A stretch of 64,000 nt of DNA. Source: a virus. Both the position numbers and the translations under genes were made by a program. The notes beneath the pieces are model-generated. The model had not been told where the DNA came from. It saw only the letters and a program-made list of their open reading frames with translations, and ran no database searches. Below, piece by piece: positions 7,542 through 16,360 of this stretch; the first letter of the stretch is position 1, and the number at the start of each line of letters is the position of its first letter. The DNA is taken from IMG/VR virus record IMGVR_UViG_3300045988_177924; one strand, 5' to 3'.

Positions 7542-8587
7542 AGTGACTTAACATAATGGGTCCGTCGGATGGTAACATTCGATTGCTACTCAGTGAACCT
7601 GGCAATCCAGGGTGTGGGATAAAATCCTGCTAACAGTAAAAATCGTAAGTTTTGTTGGTCGGCCTGGAGAGAAATGCCGACAGAAGAAAAAGAATTCTAT
7701 GTCTATGAATGGATAAACAAAGACACGGGAGAGATTTTCTACGTAGGGAAAGGTAGTGGTTATCGTTGGAAACGTAAAACCGCCAGCTCTCGAAACAGAT
7801 ATTTCAATCGTTATGTCCAAAAATATCCAAATTGTGAACCTCGAAAAGTTTATGAAAATTTAACTGAAGAAGAGGCTTACAACAAAGAGCGAGAATTAAT
7901 AGCCGAATATAAAGCACAAGGCGTTCAGCTGGTTAACTTCGACGAAGGAGGACGACGAGGTGGACGCTCACCTGGAAAGCTAAATGGTATGTATGGGAAA
8001 ACACATACACCAGAAGCTCGAAAGAAAATAAGCGAAGCCAATTCCGATGGCCACAATGCGGGAATCAACAATACTCAATATGGAATTAGTCCAAGAGAGC
8101 GTATGAGTCCTGCGATATACGAGCAGTGGCGTACGGCACACAAGAAAGTAGTTGGTGCAGCAAATCCAAATTGCCATCATACAATTTTGTTTAATCTTGA
8201 ACATGAGATTGTGAAAGAGTTTGAATATACGATTGAATGTGCGCATTTTTTGGAAGAGCAAGAGCATTTAACTAATGGAATTGAGAATATTCGCTCGCAA
8301 ATCAAATATTACAGCAATACAGGACACGTTATGTTCAATAAGTATTATGTAAAAGTGATTCGGCCAACAAAACAAGACAATACTGTGCCAAGCCTCGTGA
8401 AAGAGGAAGGTTAAACGACTACCGAAAGCATATCAAGCGAGAAAAACGTTTGAAAAGAAGCAAGTAGGGTAGAGAACGGTGCAAATCCGGTTCTCGAAGT
8501 GCTGAGGGAACTATGAACGGTAAAAGAACATAGCTCTAAGAGATAGTCTACTCCCCTAATAAATATCGGGAAACCGAGGGTATAAAG
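7542..8587 (+). mobile_element. group I intron (1046 nt) carrying a GIY-YIG homing endonuclease ORF
   Basis: The 5' exon ends in U (7541) and the intron ends in G (8587). P1 pairs exon tccgaU (7536-7541) with the internal guide Gtcgga (7564-7569), with the U-G wobble at the splice site. Splicing restores one frame and creates the motif DVDGD. ORF-free structured arms lie at 7542-7673 and 8415-8587. Confidence 0.8.
7674..8414 (+). CDS. GIY-YIG homing endonuclease (I-TevI-like) with NUMOD3-type motif
   Basis: GIY-YIG region FYVYEW..GEIFYVGKGSGYRWKRK, the NUMOD3-like NGMYGKTHTPEARKKISEAN, and its own RBS GGAGAG. It lies wholly inside the intron. Confidence 0.85.
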   Translation: MPTEEKEFYVYEWINKDTGEIFYVGKGSGYRWKRKTASSRNRYFNRYVQKYPNCEPRKVYENLTEEEAYNKERELIAEYKAQGVQLVNFDEGGRRGGRSPGKLNGMYGKTHTPEARKKISEANSDGHNAGINNTQYGISPRERMSPAIYEQWRTAHKKVVGAANPNCHHTILFNLEHEIVKEFEYTIECAHFLEEQEHLTNGIENIRSQIKYYSNTGHVMFNKYYVKVIRPTKQDNTVPSLVKEEG

Positions 8588-9820
8588 GTTGACGGAGATG
8601 TAGTAATGTCCACGGATAATAAAATCTTTATCAAGGGTGCGCAAAAATGGCACAATGTCATCACATATGAGAAAGGTGCGGTGCCGGTTCAGAAGATTTG
8701 TTTAAAGAATTCAATCGCGACCGATATTCGCGGCTTGGGAACTGGGGTTGGAGGTTTTTCTAACTGCGCAACAATAATGCACGCAATGAAGGGAATTTTC
8801 CAAAAAGACACCCAAAAAGAACAAAGAGACGAACTCACTTTGCGTATTAAATTACTTCGAGAAATTGTTGGTCAAGAAATTGATAGAATTAAAGGAACAG
8901 CCGCGCCGGAGCTGCCAAAAGAGTGGAAAAAATTCATCCGAATTAATGATGATGACACTGATGCGGTTAAGGCTGATAAATATAAAAGAAATTCGATGGT
9001 TATTTCTAAAAAACCCTATTTCTTTAGATATTTATATCCAGAGCTAAACCAACAGTTCAAGCAATACGAAAACAGTTACAATATGGCGTCCAAAAACATG
9101 TTTGGTATTAAATTTAAAAAGCTTTTAACCAAACCTAATAAGTCAGAAGACGAGATGAATTTGGTACGCCGTTATCAAAAGTATTCGCCGCTAATCACCG
9201 CACCGTGCATAATGAATATATTGTGTAAGGAATTTGAAAATGTCGATTTTGATATTAATTTCAATAAAAACGCGGTAAGTATGTTGCCTACCTTTGAGGA
9301 TTGTTTTGAATTTGATCAAGAACGGTTTGCTATTGTTAAAGATTTGTATCGCAAATATACAGCGCGTAAACAAGTAAAAACCTTGGAGAGTATTGTTGAT
9401 AATATTGATTTACCGAATCGTGACGAATATGATGAGATTAGATTCGGGGCAATGACATTTATCAGAACGGAAATTCAAGAGGCGATTGAGTCTGCGTCGT
9501 TCAGTGGCAAAGAATTGCTTTACTACTGCCATTGTTTATCAAAAGAATACAAACAGTTTAATTGGGATTTTGCTTGGGACATTTTAGACGAAAGCGTGTT
9601 GGATTTAATCCCTCGTGGAATTGTTCAGATTCCCGTAAAAAATGAGACTGGATTTGAATACCTTGGTAATCGATACACTTTACAAGTAATTCACGAAGAT
9701 CGCGTCAGCGAGTTGTGTGATGATGACGATTGGAATCAAACGGCGTGGGAAGAAATTTTGGGGCAAGATTTAGATTTTGACTTCGATGCTGATAACTTAT
9801 TTGGAGGCGATGACGTATGA
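8588..9820 (+). CDS. YonO / RdRP-family RNA polymerase, exon 2
   Basis: The reading frame is open from 8540 and reads ...VDGDVVMSTDNK. Joined to exon 1 it gives HS-DVDGD-VV, the DxDGD metal-binding motif, 45 aa after the RSP motif. The spliced product is about 955 aa. Confidence 0.7.
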   Translation, partial: VDGDVVMSTDNKIFIKGAQKWHNVITYEKGAVPVQKICLKNSIATDIRGLGTGVGGFSNCATIMHAMKGIFQKDTQKEQRDELTLRIKLLREIVGQEIDRIKGTAAPELPKEWKKFIRINDDDTDAVKADKYKRNSMVISKKPYFFRYLYPELNQQFKQYENSYNMASKNMFGIKFKKLLTKPNKSEDEMNLVRRYQKYSPLITAPCIMNILCKEFENVDFDINFNKNAVSMLPTFEDCFEFDQERFAIVKDLYRKYTARKQVKTLESIVDNIDLPNRDEYDEIRFGAMTFIRTEIQEAIESASFSGKELLYYCHCLSKEYKQFNWDFAWDILDESVLDLIPRGIVQIPVKNETGFEYLGNRYTLQVIHEDRVSELCDDDDWNQTAWEEILGQDLDFDFDADNLFGGDDV

Positions 9821-10398
9821 CAATTGAAGAACAAATTTGTAAGAAATCGATCGAAAAAGGCAGCAGTGTTGTAAAAATCATTAATTTGTTAAGAGCCGAA
9901 GGTATGACCGACGGCTCTATACGAGAATTTCTCCTTGAGTGTGAACGCGGGTTTGAATTAAATAACCAATGTTTTGAACAAATTGTGGACTGTTTATTAA
10001 AAGCCCCTCTTGATACCAAAAATACATTCACAACCTTCGTGGTTTATGAGGATGAATGGAACTTTTTATTAAATATTAGTAATGAGGAAGTTCGAGCCTT
10101 ATTTGGGGTGTTAATATATGTGGCTAAAACAAATTGGCACGACTCGGGGTGGATCAAATATAACGAACCACAAATTATGCAATTGTTGGGGATGAAGGAT
10201 CATAAGAAGTTTTTAGAATTGGTGCATCAGGCCGTGAAGCTTAAATTAGAATTTAGAGTGGTGGGTAGTAAAAATCCGATCTTATGTTTTAAACTCCCGG
10301 TGTTCGTGCGAGAAAATGAAGATGAGCTGTTCGCCCTTGATTATTCTTTACAAGAATTCTTGGCTGTACTGCGCACATCGGTGATGACAAGGAGTTAA
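9817..10398 (+). CDS. hypothetical protein, 193 aa
   Basis: ORF track. ATGA overlap with the upstream stop indicates translational coupling. Confidence 0.6.
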   Translation: MTIEEQICKKSIEKGSSVVKIINLLRAEGMTDGSIREFLLECERGFELNNQCFEQIVDCLLKAPLDTKNTFTTFVVYEDEWNFLLNISNEEVRALFGVLIYVAKTNWHDSGWIKYNEPQIMQLLGMKDHKKFLELVHQAVKLKLEFRVVGSKNPILCFKLPVFVRENEDELFALDYSLQEFLAVLRTSVMTRS

Positions 10399-10401
10399 TC
10401 T

Positions 10402-11154
10402 ATGTTAATTTTGGACTGGAATAAAAATTCAGAAGCGGTGTTAAAACAAGGGTATTATAACACACGACGTAGTATTAACACTGAACAAACACACCTTTGT
10501 CAATATTGGCAAGAACAAGGGGTGACTAAAGAGACCGCCTATAAGATTTGGGTGGAACTAGAGTCACCGCAAGTTGTAGGGTGTTTTAGTGAAGAAGAAA
10601 CTCGTGAGTATTTTGACAAGTTTTGGGAGAAGGCGTTACATTACGGCTTTAATAGAAAATATATTTATGGGCTAACAGCAAAAGAATATAATTTTATTGA
10701 AGGTTTAGATGTAGATAAAGAATACAAAGAGTTTTTGCGAATTTTAGTTGAGTGCCAACGCTCCTTTGGACGAGCCGATGGATTTTTTTGTAGCCAGGAA
10801 GTTTGGGAAGGGTTGGTTAAAGGTACCCGCCGCCAGCGCCGCCCATATAGAGTTGCACAAATGGACAAGTGGAATGCCCAATACAACTTATATACTATGC
10901 ACCAGAAAGCCTATTTCAGAGACGGGAAACCTGTTTACGGGAACGTAATCGAATTAAATTTTTTTGATAATAAAGGGACGGTTAAGACAGATTTCCAATT
11001 TAGCGAATATAGTGGTACTTGTAGGTCGTGTGGTAAGAGGTTTATCGTGGGGAAAAAGAAATATAAGGATTTATGCCCCGATTGTTATAAAACCGAATTA
11101 ACACAGCGTAAAAACGAGTTAAAACGGCGTTCTCGACAGGCCAAAAAAACCTGA
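10402..11154 (+). CDS. hypothetical protein with C-terminal zinc ribbon (CRSCGK...CPDCYK) and a basic tail
   Basis: ORF track, with a CxxC...CxxC pair near the C-terminus. Confidence 0.6.
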   Translation: MLILDWNKNSEAVLKQGYYNTRRSINTEQTHLCQYWQEQGVTKETAYKIWVELESPQVVGCFSEEETREYFDKFWEKALHYGFNRKYIYGLTAKEYNFIEGLDVDKEYKEFLRILVECQRSFGRADGFFCSQEVWEGLVKGTRRQRRPYRVAQMDKWNAQYNLYTMHQKAYFRDGKPVYGNVIELNFFDNKGTVKTDFQFSEYSGTCRSCGKRFIVGKKKYKDLCPDCYKTELTQRKNELKRRSRQAKKT

Positions 11155-11255
11155 TTTAGGGTAGATGTCGAAAGGTACGGTGTTCTAATATTCTATGGAA
11201 AGAGTAAAATAATAGTTTTATAGTTGGTTTTTTGCTCTTCATTAGAGAATTGGGA

Positions 11256-11296
11256 TGTCACTAAAATTTGACAAAAAATAGAGATTGTGATAGTAT
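11256..11296 (+). promoter_or_regulatory. promoter TGTCAC-N6-TTGACA-N17-TAGTAT
   Basis: TTGACA at 11268-11273, 17-nt spacer, TAGTAT at 11291-11296. The upstream TGTCAY element has the same N6 spacing as the four promoters at 4169-4710. Confidence 0.65.
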
Positions 11297-11326
11297 TAAA
11301 CTATCTAGAAGCACAAGGAGAAATAC

Positions 11327-12562
11327 ATGACTCAAACCGATTTTTTAGAGTTCCTCAAAAAGTTTAATGAAGAAAACTTAACCGAGGACGATTTGTTTGA
11401 AATAGGGGTAACCCACAAAGAGTTACCATTAGGAGTAAAAAACTGGAGTGCCCTGAATGAGATGTTGGGGATGCCTTTTACGACAGGTGAAAATTATCGT
11501 TGTTGGGTAAAGCAAAAACTTGCACGCTCCGGCGAATTACCTAGAAACTCAAAATTATTATCCAACAAAACAGTTGAAGAATTGTCCACCCAAGAAATGG
11601 AAGATGAAATCCAAGGACAAATTCAAGATTTATATAAGCAACAAGTTAAAACACGCGATTCTTTAAACGCTTATCGAAGAATGATGAGAGAAGAAGCGCG
11701 TTTGGATGATTTTAAAGCTTTGATGAAAGAGTTGGTTGTGGATATTACAAAACTTCCCAAAGTTGTGTATCATCCTGTTGGAAATACTTACACAGAAGCG
11801 GTTTTAATGTTGTCGGACTTACATATTGGTGTAGAGATTGATAATTATTATAATAAATACAATCTCACCATCGCTCGTAAAAGAGTGAATAAACTAATCC
11901 AAGATGTAATTAGATATTGTGTAAACAACAATGTCCAAAGATTAAATATTTTAGGACTTGGCGATTATTGCCAAGGGCATATTCACACAAGTGCAAGATT
12001 GGAGCAACAAATCGACGTTGTTGAACAAATCATGGTTGCATCCGAGATTATTGCAGACACGCTCAATCAACTACAGGCTGCCGCACCAGATGTGAGATAT
12101 TATTCTGTTACCGATAATCATTCACGAATGACGCCTTCTCTTAAAGAAAGTATTGAGGCCGAAAACTATGGTAAACTGATTACTTTTTATCTAAAAGAAA
12201 GGTTGAGGGATACTAACATTACTTTTGAGGAAAATGTTCTCGATCAGGAAATTGGTATGATTAATTTCCAAAACGGGAAGACCGGTGTGTTTGTGCATGG
12301 GCATCATGATAATATCACAACGCTTTTCCAAAATATGACCGCTTACACTGGGATAGTGGTAGATTATGCTTTTGTCGGCCATTATCATTGTGAAAAACTG
12401 AAAACGTTCAACAATTTCAAAGTTTATGTAAATGGTAGTATTGTTGGCGTAGATCAATATGCGTTTAGCAAACGCCTGTTTGGTAAACCAAGCCAAACCC
12501 TGTTGATCTTTGATGGTGACAACGTGTTGCATCATAGTATTAACTTAGATATTCAAGAGTAA
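11327..12562 (+). CDS. calcineurin-like metallophosphoesterase with about 150-aa N-terminal extension
   Basis: Ordered motifs SDLHIG, GLGDYCQGH, TDNHSR, VHGHHD and VGHYH. Confidence 0.8.
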   Translation: MTQTDFLEFLKKFNEENLTEDDLFEIGVTHKELPLGVKNWSALNEMLGMPFTTGENYRCWVKQKLARSGELPRNSKLLSNKTVEELSTQEMEDEIQGQIQDLYKQQVKTRDSLNAYRRMMREEARLDDFKALMKELVVDITKLPKVVYHPVGNTYTEAVLMLSDLHIGVEIDNYYNKYNLTIARKRVNKLIQDVIRYCVNNNVQRLNILGLGDYCQGHIHTSARLEQQIDVVEQIMVASEIIADTLNQLQAAAPDVRYYSVTDNHSRMTPSLKESIEAENYGKLITFYLKERLRDTNITFEENVLDQEIGMINFQNGKTGVFVHGHHDNITTLFQNMTAYTGIVVDYAFVGHYHCEKLKTFNNFKVYVNGSIVGVDQYAFSKRLFGKPSQTLLIFDGDNVLHHSINLDIQE

Positions 12563-12584
12563 TTCAAGGATATGCTGTTCAAAG

Positions 12585-12612
12585 AGCCTTCGCTGTTGCG
12601 GGGGCTTTTTTG
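12585..12612 (+). terminator. intrinsic terminator
   Basis: Stem agccttcgc / gcgggggct (two G-U pairs, consistent with the + strand), loop tgtt, then T6. Confidence 0.8.
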
Positions 12613-12643
12613 AATGGTTGTGTGTAGATTACAAGGAGGGCTT

Positions 12644-13819
12644 ATGGCCACTGAAAGGAAGATTTTATCAGCTTTTGGCACAATAGCCCAAAAGTTATAT
12701 TGTGTAGGATGCAAGACCAGTTTGGACCCCGAAGAGTTTTGGGGCAGTAATGGGACAATATCCGCACTTCGAACGGTGAAAGATAAAGAGCACAAATCTT
12801 TATTATGTAAAGAATGTACTCGTGCATTATATAATAAAATATTAGCAGAATGTGAAAATGACCATCTTGAGGCACTTTTCCAACTCTGCGCAATCAATGA
12901 CTGGTATTATGATGATTTACTTGCGTCAAGTGTGGCAACATCATTGGATGCGACTGAAATAATGCCAGATAAATATTTAGAGATTATTTTTACAAACGAA
13001 GAATATTGTAATAGGTCTTTTTGCAAACAGTTAAGCCGGTCAGTATTTATAAAGATGGCCAGTTTCAAAGAGGGTGAAGACGAGCTTACGGAAGATGATA
13101 AACAAAATCGTAATGATATTAAAAAAAGTTTTGGTTACGACCCGTTTGAATCTAAACCTATATCACAACGTTCAATGTTGTATCGTTCACTCAGCCAAAT
13201 GATCGATCCGACTTTAAATAATGACTTGGTACGTCAAAGAGCGGCAATTGAAATAGTGACTAACTATGAGGAAATTGACCGATTGGATTTGGCGATTGCA
13301 AAATTATCTATAACACCTGACGACATCGTAAAAAACGCCAAAGACTTGGAAGTTTTGCGAAAAATGAAATCAGATGTTAATAAAAATATTTCAATGTTAT
13401 GTAAAGACCACGGATTGTCGGCGAAATATGCTAACTCCAAGAGTCGAGGTGCTGGTACGTTGTCAGGTATTATGCGCGACATGGAAGAGAGCAATTATGA
13501 TGATGGCAAAACTAATCTTTACGATATTGAGACAAGTTCAAGTATTCAGCAGTGTTCTGATATTAGTGCAAAATCAATTATGGCACAATTGAGGTTGTCA
13601 GATTCTGATTACGCTCAAATGGTTGAGGAACAAGCAATGGTTGTACGCAGAGAGATTGCGGCGCGTAAGCAAGCGGAAGAAGCTTTGCGAATGTGCAAAG
13701 AATATTTGCGTAAACAAGAGTTGATTGCTGAACTTATTAAAGAATATAAACGTAAAGGGATTCCTTCAGAAGAAATAGAGGAACTGCTTGCTCCTGAGTT
13801 TAAGGAGAGCAGCACTTGA
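12644..13819 (+). CDS. putative terminase small subunit (positional call), with N-terminal zinc ribbon
   Basis: Start chosen at ATG 12644, after AAGGAGGG. CVGC...CKEC motif. It ends overlapping the terminase large subunit start. No diagnostic motif was recognised. Confidence 0.4.
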   Translation: MATERKILSAFGTIAQKLYCVGCKTSLDPEEFWGSNGTISALRTVKDKEHKSLLCKECTRALYNKILAECENDHLEALFQLCAINDWYYDDLLASSVATSLDATEIMPDKYLEIIFTNEEYCNRSFCKQLSRSVFIKMASFKEGEDELTEDDKQNRNDIKKSFGYDPFESKPISQRSMLYRSLSQMIDPTLNNDLVRQRAAIEIVTNYEEIDRLDLAIAKLSITPDDIVKNAKDLEVLRKMKSDVNKNISMLCKDHGLSAKYANSKSRGAGTLSGIMRDMEESNYDDGKTNLYDIETSSSIQQCSDISAKSIMAQLRLSDSDYAQMVEEQAMVVRREIAARKQAEEALRMCKEYLRKQELIAELIKEYKRKGIPSEEIEELLAPEFKESST

Positions 13820-15492
13820 TTTCAGTCTATGGGAATCTCACAGATAACGAAGTAAATATTCGCAAACAAGAAAGTTTTGAAAGATATAATCGGTTAATTC
13901 AATGGGGCCGCAAGCACCCCACGCGATTTATTGAAAAAATTCTTGGAATACAATTGTTGGATTATCAACGGTGGATTATTATGGGCACCTGGACGGCAGA
14001 AAAAGCCGCTTGGGTATGTTCACGAAACGCGGGTAAAACATTTTTGGGAGCGGTATATTTGATGGCGAAGGCTATTTTGTTCCCACAATTTAAAATAAAT
14101 ATCATGAACGTTTCGGGGCGTCAGTCTTTTGACACCTTTATGAAAATCGAAGATATTGCAAAAAAGAATATTGCTTCATTATTGAATACGACAGACGTGT
14201 TTTTTGATGAACTCATCAAGAGCAACGCTAATACCGACGGGTTTACCCATAGCCAAAAGGGTTATGAGTGTAATCTGTATAACGGTTCGCGTATTAGGGC
14301 GCTTGTGGGTAAACCAGAGACCGTCGTCGGTGTTCGTTCTAATATTAACTTCTATGACGAGGCGGGAAAGATTCCACAGGCATTTTTCGATTTAACAGAA
14401 CCTTTTACAGCGCAAAACCGCGACTTTAAAACTGGTTCTGGTTTTGACGCGTCGGTTTATCCTAAGGATATACCAACACAGTGTATTTACTCGTCGTCAG
14501 CCGAAGACATTAATACCCATTTATGGTCAATGTATAAACTTTGTGCTACAAATATGATGATGGGTATACCTGGATATTTTTGTGCAGATGTCAACTGCGA
14601 TATTCCACTTGCACCGAAACTCAACGGGAAACCAATGTCACCATTGCTTAAACAAAGTGAGATAGATGACGCGCTAAAAAGCAATGAGTCTCGAGCAATG
14701 CGCGAGTATTATAACATATTCGATAACACGGGTGGTATTGACGCGTTAGTAAAACGACAAGATATTTTACGAAACGAACAAGACTATTTACCAATCTTTA
14801 AATCAGAAGGTCCAGAACACCATTATGGTTTATTTTTTGACCCCGCATTGCAACAAGACAACAGTTTTGTGCTTATTGTTGAATATTGGAAAGACAAAAA
14901 ACGCGGATGGATGGGTAAAATTGTTAATGGTATTAACCTTATCGAAAAATTACCAAACGGCGATAAGAAGCCCTTGCGTTCTCCTGAACAATTAGAGTGG
15001 ATTCGCAAGCTTATTGTAGCATACAATGGGAAATCACCTGAGTACGAAAACGTTATGTTTTATGTTGACGCTGGTTCCGGTGGTGGTGGTCGTAGTTATG
15101 CTGACAACCTAATGCTTCCTTGGACAGATCGTGATGGAGTAGAGCATGCGGGGATTATCGACTTAACTGATGATACAGCCAAAGAACAGGCAGAAAAATT
15201 CAGGCAAGCTAAGGATGTTTGTCGAATCATTGAGCCTCGTAAATGGCGTCCTACTATGTTTAGCGAATGCGCTGAAATGATTATCAACGATTATCTTATT
15301 TTCCCTATGCCCGTACCAAAACAAGGTGTTTGGGAAAAAGATGGCGAAAAATATGAACTTTCAAAAGAAGAATTAAGAGCATTGCTTGAAATTGATCTTA
15401 TGAAAGAAGAACTTGTAGCAATTGTGAAAACAAAGACTCCGAGTGGTGATGTAAAATACGGATTACCACCCGATAAGTCTCGTAAAATGCAT
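13816..15492 (+). CDS. terL: terminase large subunit, exon 1
   Basis: Walker A-like CSRNAGKT and Walker B NFYDEAG. The C-terminal nuclease region is interrupted just before the conserved H-DD motif, and the track ORF continues for only 9 aberrant codons (EQHCALAA*). Confidence 0.85.
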
Positions 15493-15731
15493 GAACAACA
15501 TTGTGCACTTGCGGCATAATACATAAACCGCTCGATTAAATCTTGTCTAATTGACTTGGAGGTCCAGAAGTGGATAACAAGGCGGAAGTCAATGACACCG
15601 TGAACGACTAAACGACGAGAGCCCGCGTTAGCGGGTGTGCGCTAGTCTGAACTCGCGATATAACAACAGAAACGCGAGAGAGGGGATGAAGAGCCCCTCC
15701 GCTTAGAAATAAGTCTTAAAGTAACAGAATG
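15493..15731 (+). mobile_element. ORF-less group I intron (239 nt) in terL
   Basis: The 5' exon ends in U (15492) and the intron ends in G (15731). P1 pairs exon tgcaU (15488-15492) with Gtgca (15503-15507).
Internal helices: ttgactt/aagtcaa, cccgc-gtta-gcggg, ctcgcg/cgcgag, gagggg/cccctc.
Splicing gives the in-frame ...SRKMH-DDRCYTCVLAAHH. Confidence 0.7.
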
Positions 15732-15926
15732 GATGATAGATGCTACACCTGTGTGTTGGCAGCTCACCACTTAGCACAATTGCGAAGAGAAGAAATTTTA
15801 GGTTCGGCTGAACCAACTACAAATATGGATGTTTTGTTTAGTAATCGAATTGCTCAAGGATTCAAGCAAAGACAAAGCGCCAATCCGTTTAGTGGATTCA
15901 CTAATCCATTTGGGCGGAGAAGATAG
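15732..15926 (+). CDS. terL: terminase large subunit, exon 2 (C-terminal 64 aa)
   Basis: The frame is open from 15720. DDR...LAAHHLAQL completes the RNase-H-like nuclease C-terminal Asp motif. The stand-alone 65-aa ORF in the track has no RBS. Confidence 0.7.
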   Translation, partial: DDRCYTCVLAAHHLAQLRREEILGSAEPTTNMDVLFSNRIAQGFKQRQSANPFSGFTNPFGRRR

Positions 15927-15946
15927 AAGCAAAAGGAGGCAGAAGG

Positions 15947-16360
15947 ATGATCTGTAAAATAATTTTCGATCATACTGGGATTGACATAGAAAATCTCTTA
16001 GATAAAATTGGGAAAATGGGCTCTTTTATGCTAATAAAAGGAGTAATTTATTTCCAAACACTGGGAGAGTGTTCTAAACAAAAATTAAAATCTGCTATCA
16101 AACGCAGTGGCGTGTCGGATTGTGTAATTTTGGAGATTACAGAAGACAGCCTTTGTAATGAGGGCGGATATGTTGCTGATTGGGCGCGTGAGCATTTTAC
16201 TAATCTTGCAACCAAACGGGCGATAGACGAATTAAATAGCGAGAAATATCGGAAGAAAATGGAAATCGAGGCACTTAAACTTGAGTTAGCCCAAGCCTTG
16301 GCTTCCGGCCAATTAATCGCAGTACCGAAACATCAAAAGGAGGATTGCACCAATGGGTGA
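15947..16360 (+). CDS. hypothetical protein, 137 aa
   Basis: ORF track, with RBS AGGAGG upstream. Confidence 0.6.
   Translation: MICKIIFDHTGIDIENLLDKIGKMGSFMLIKGVIYFQTLGECSKQKLKSAIKRSGVSDCVILEITEDSLCNEGGYVADWAREHFTNLATKRAIDELNSEKYRKKMEIEALKLELAQALASGQLIAVPKHQKEDCTNG

Noticed and set aside
7590-7820. 76-aa minus-strand ORF overlapping the intron 5' arm and the start of the GIY-YIG gene
   Set aside because: It is antisense to a well-supported homing-endonuclease ORF and to the intron P1 region, and has no RBS.
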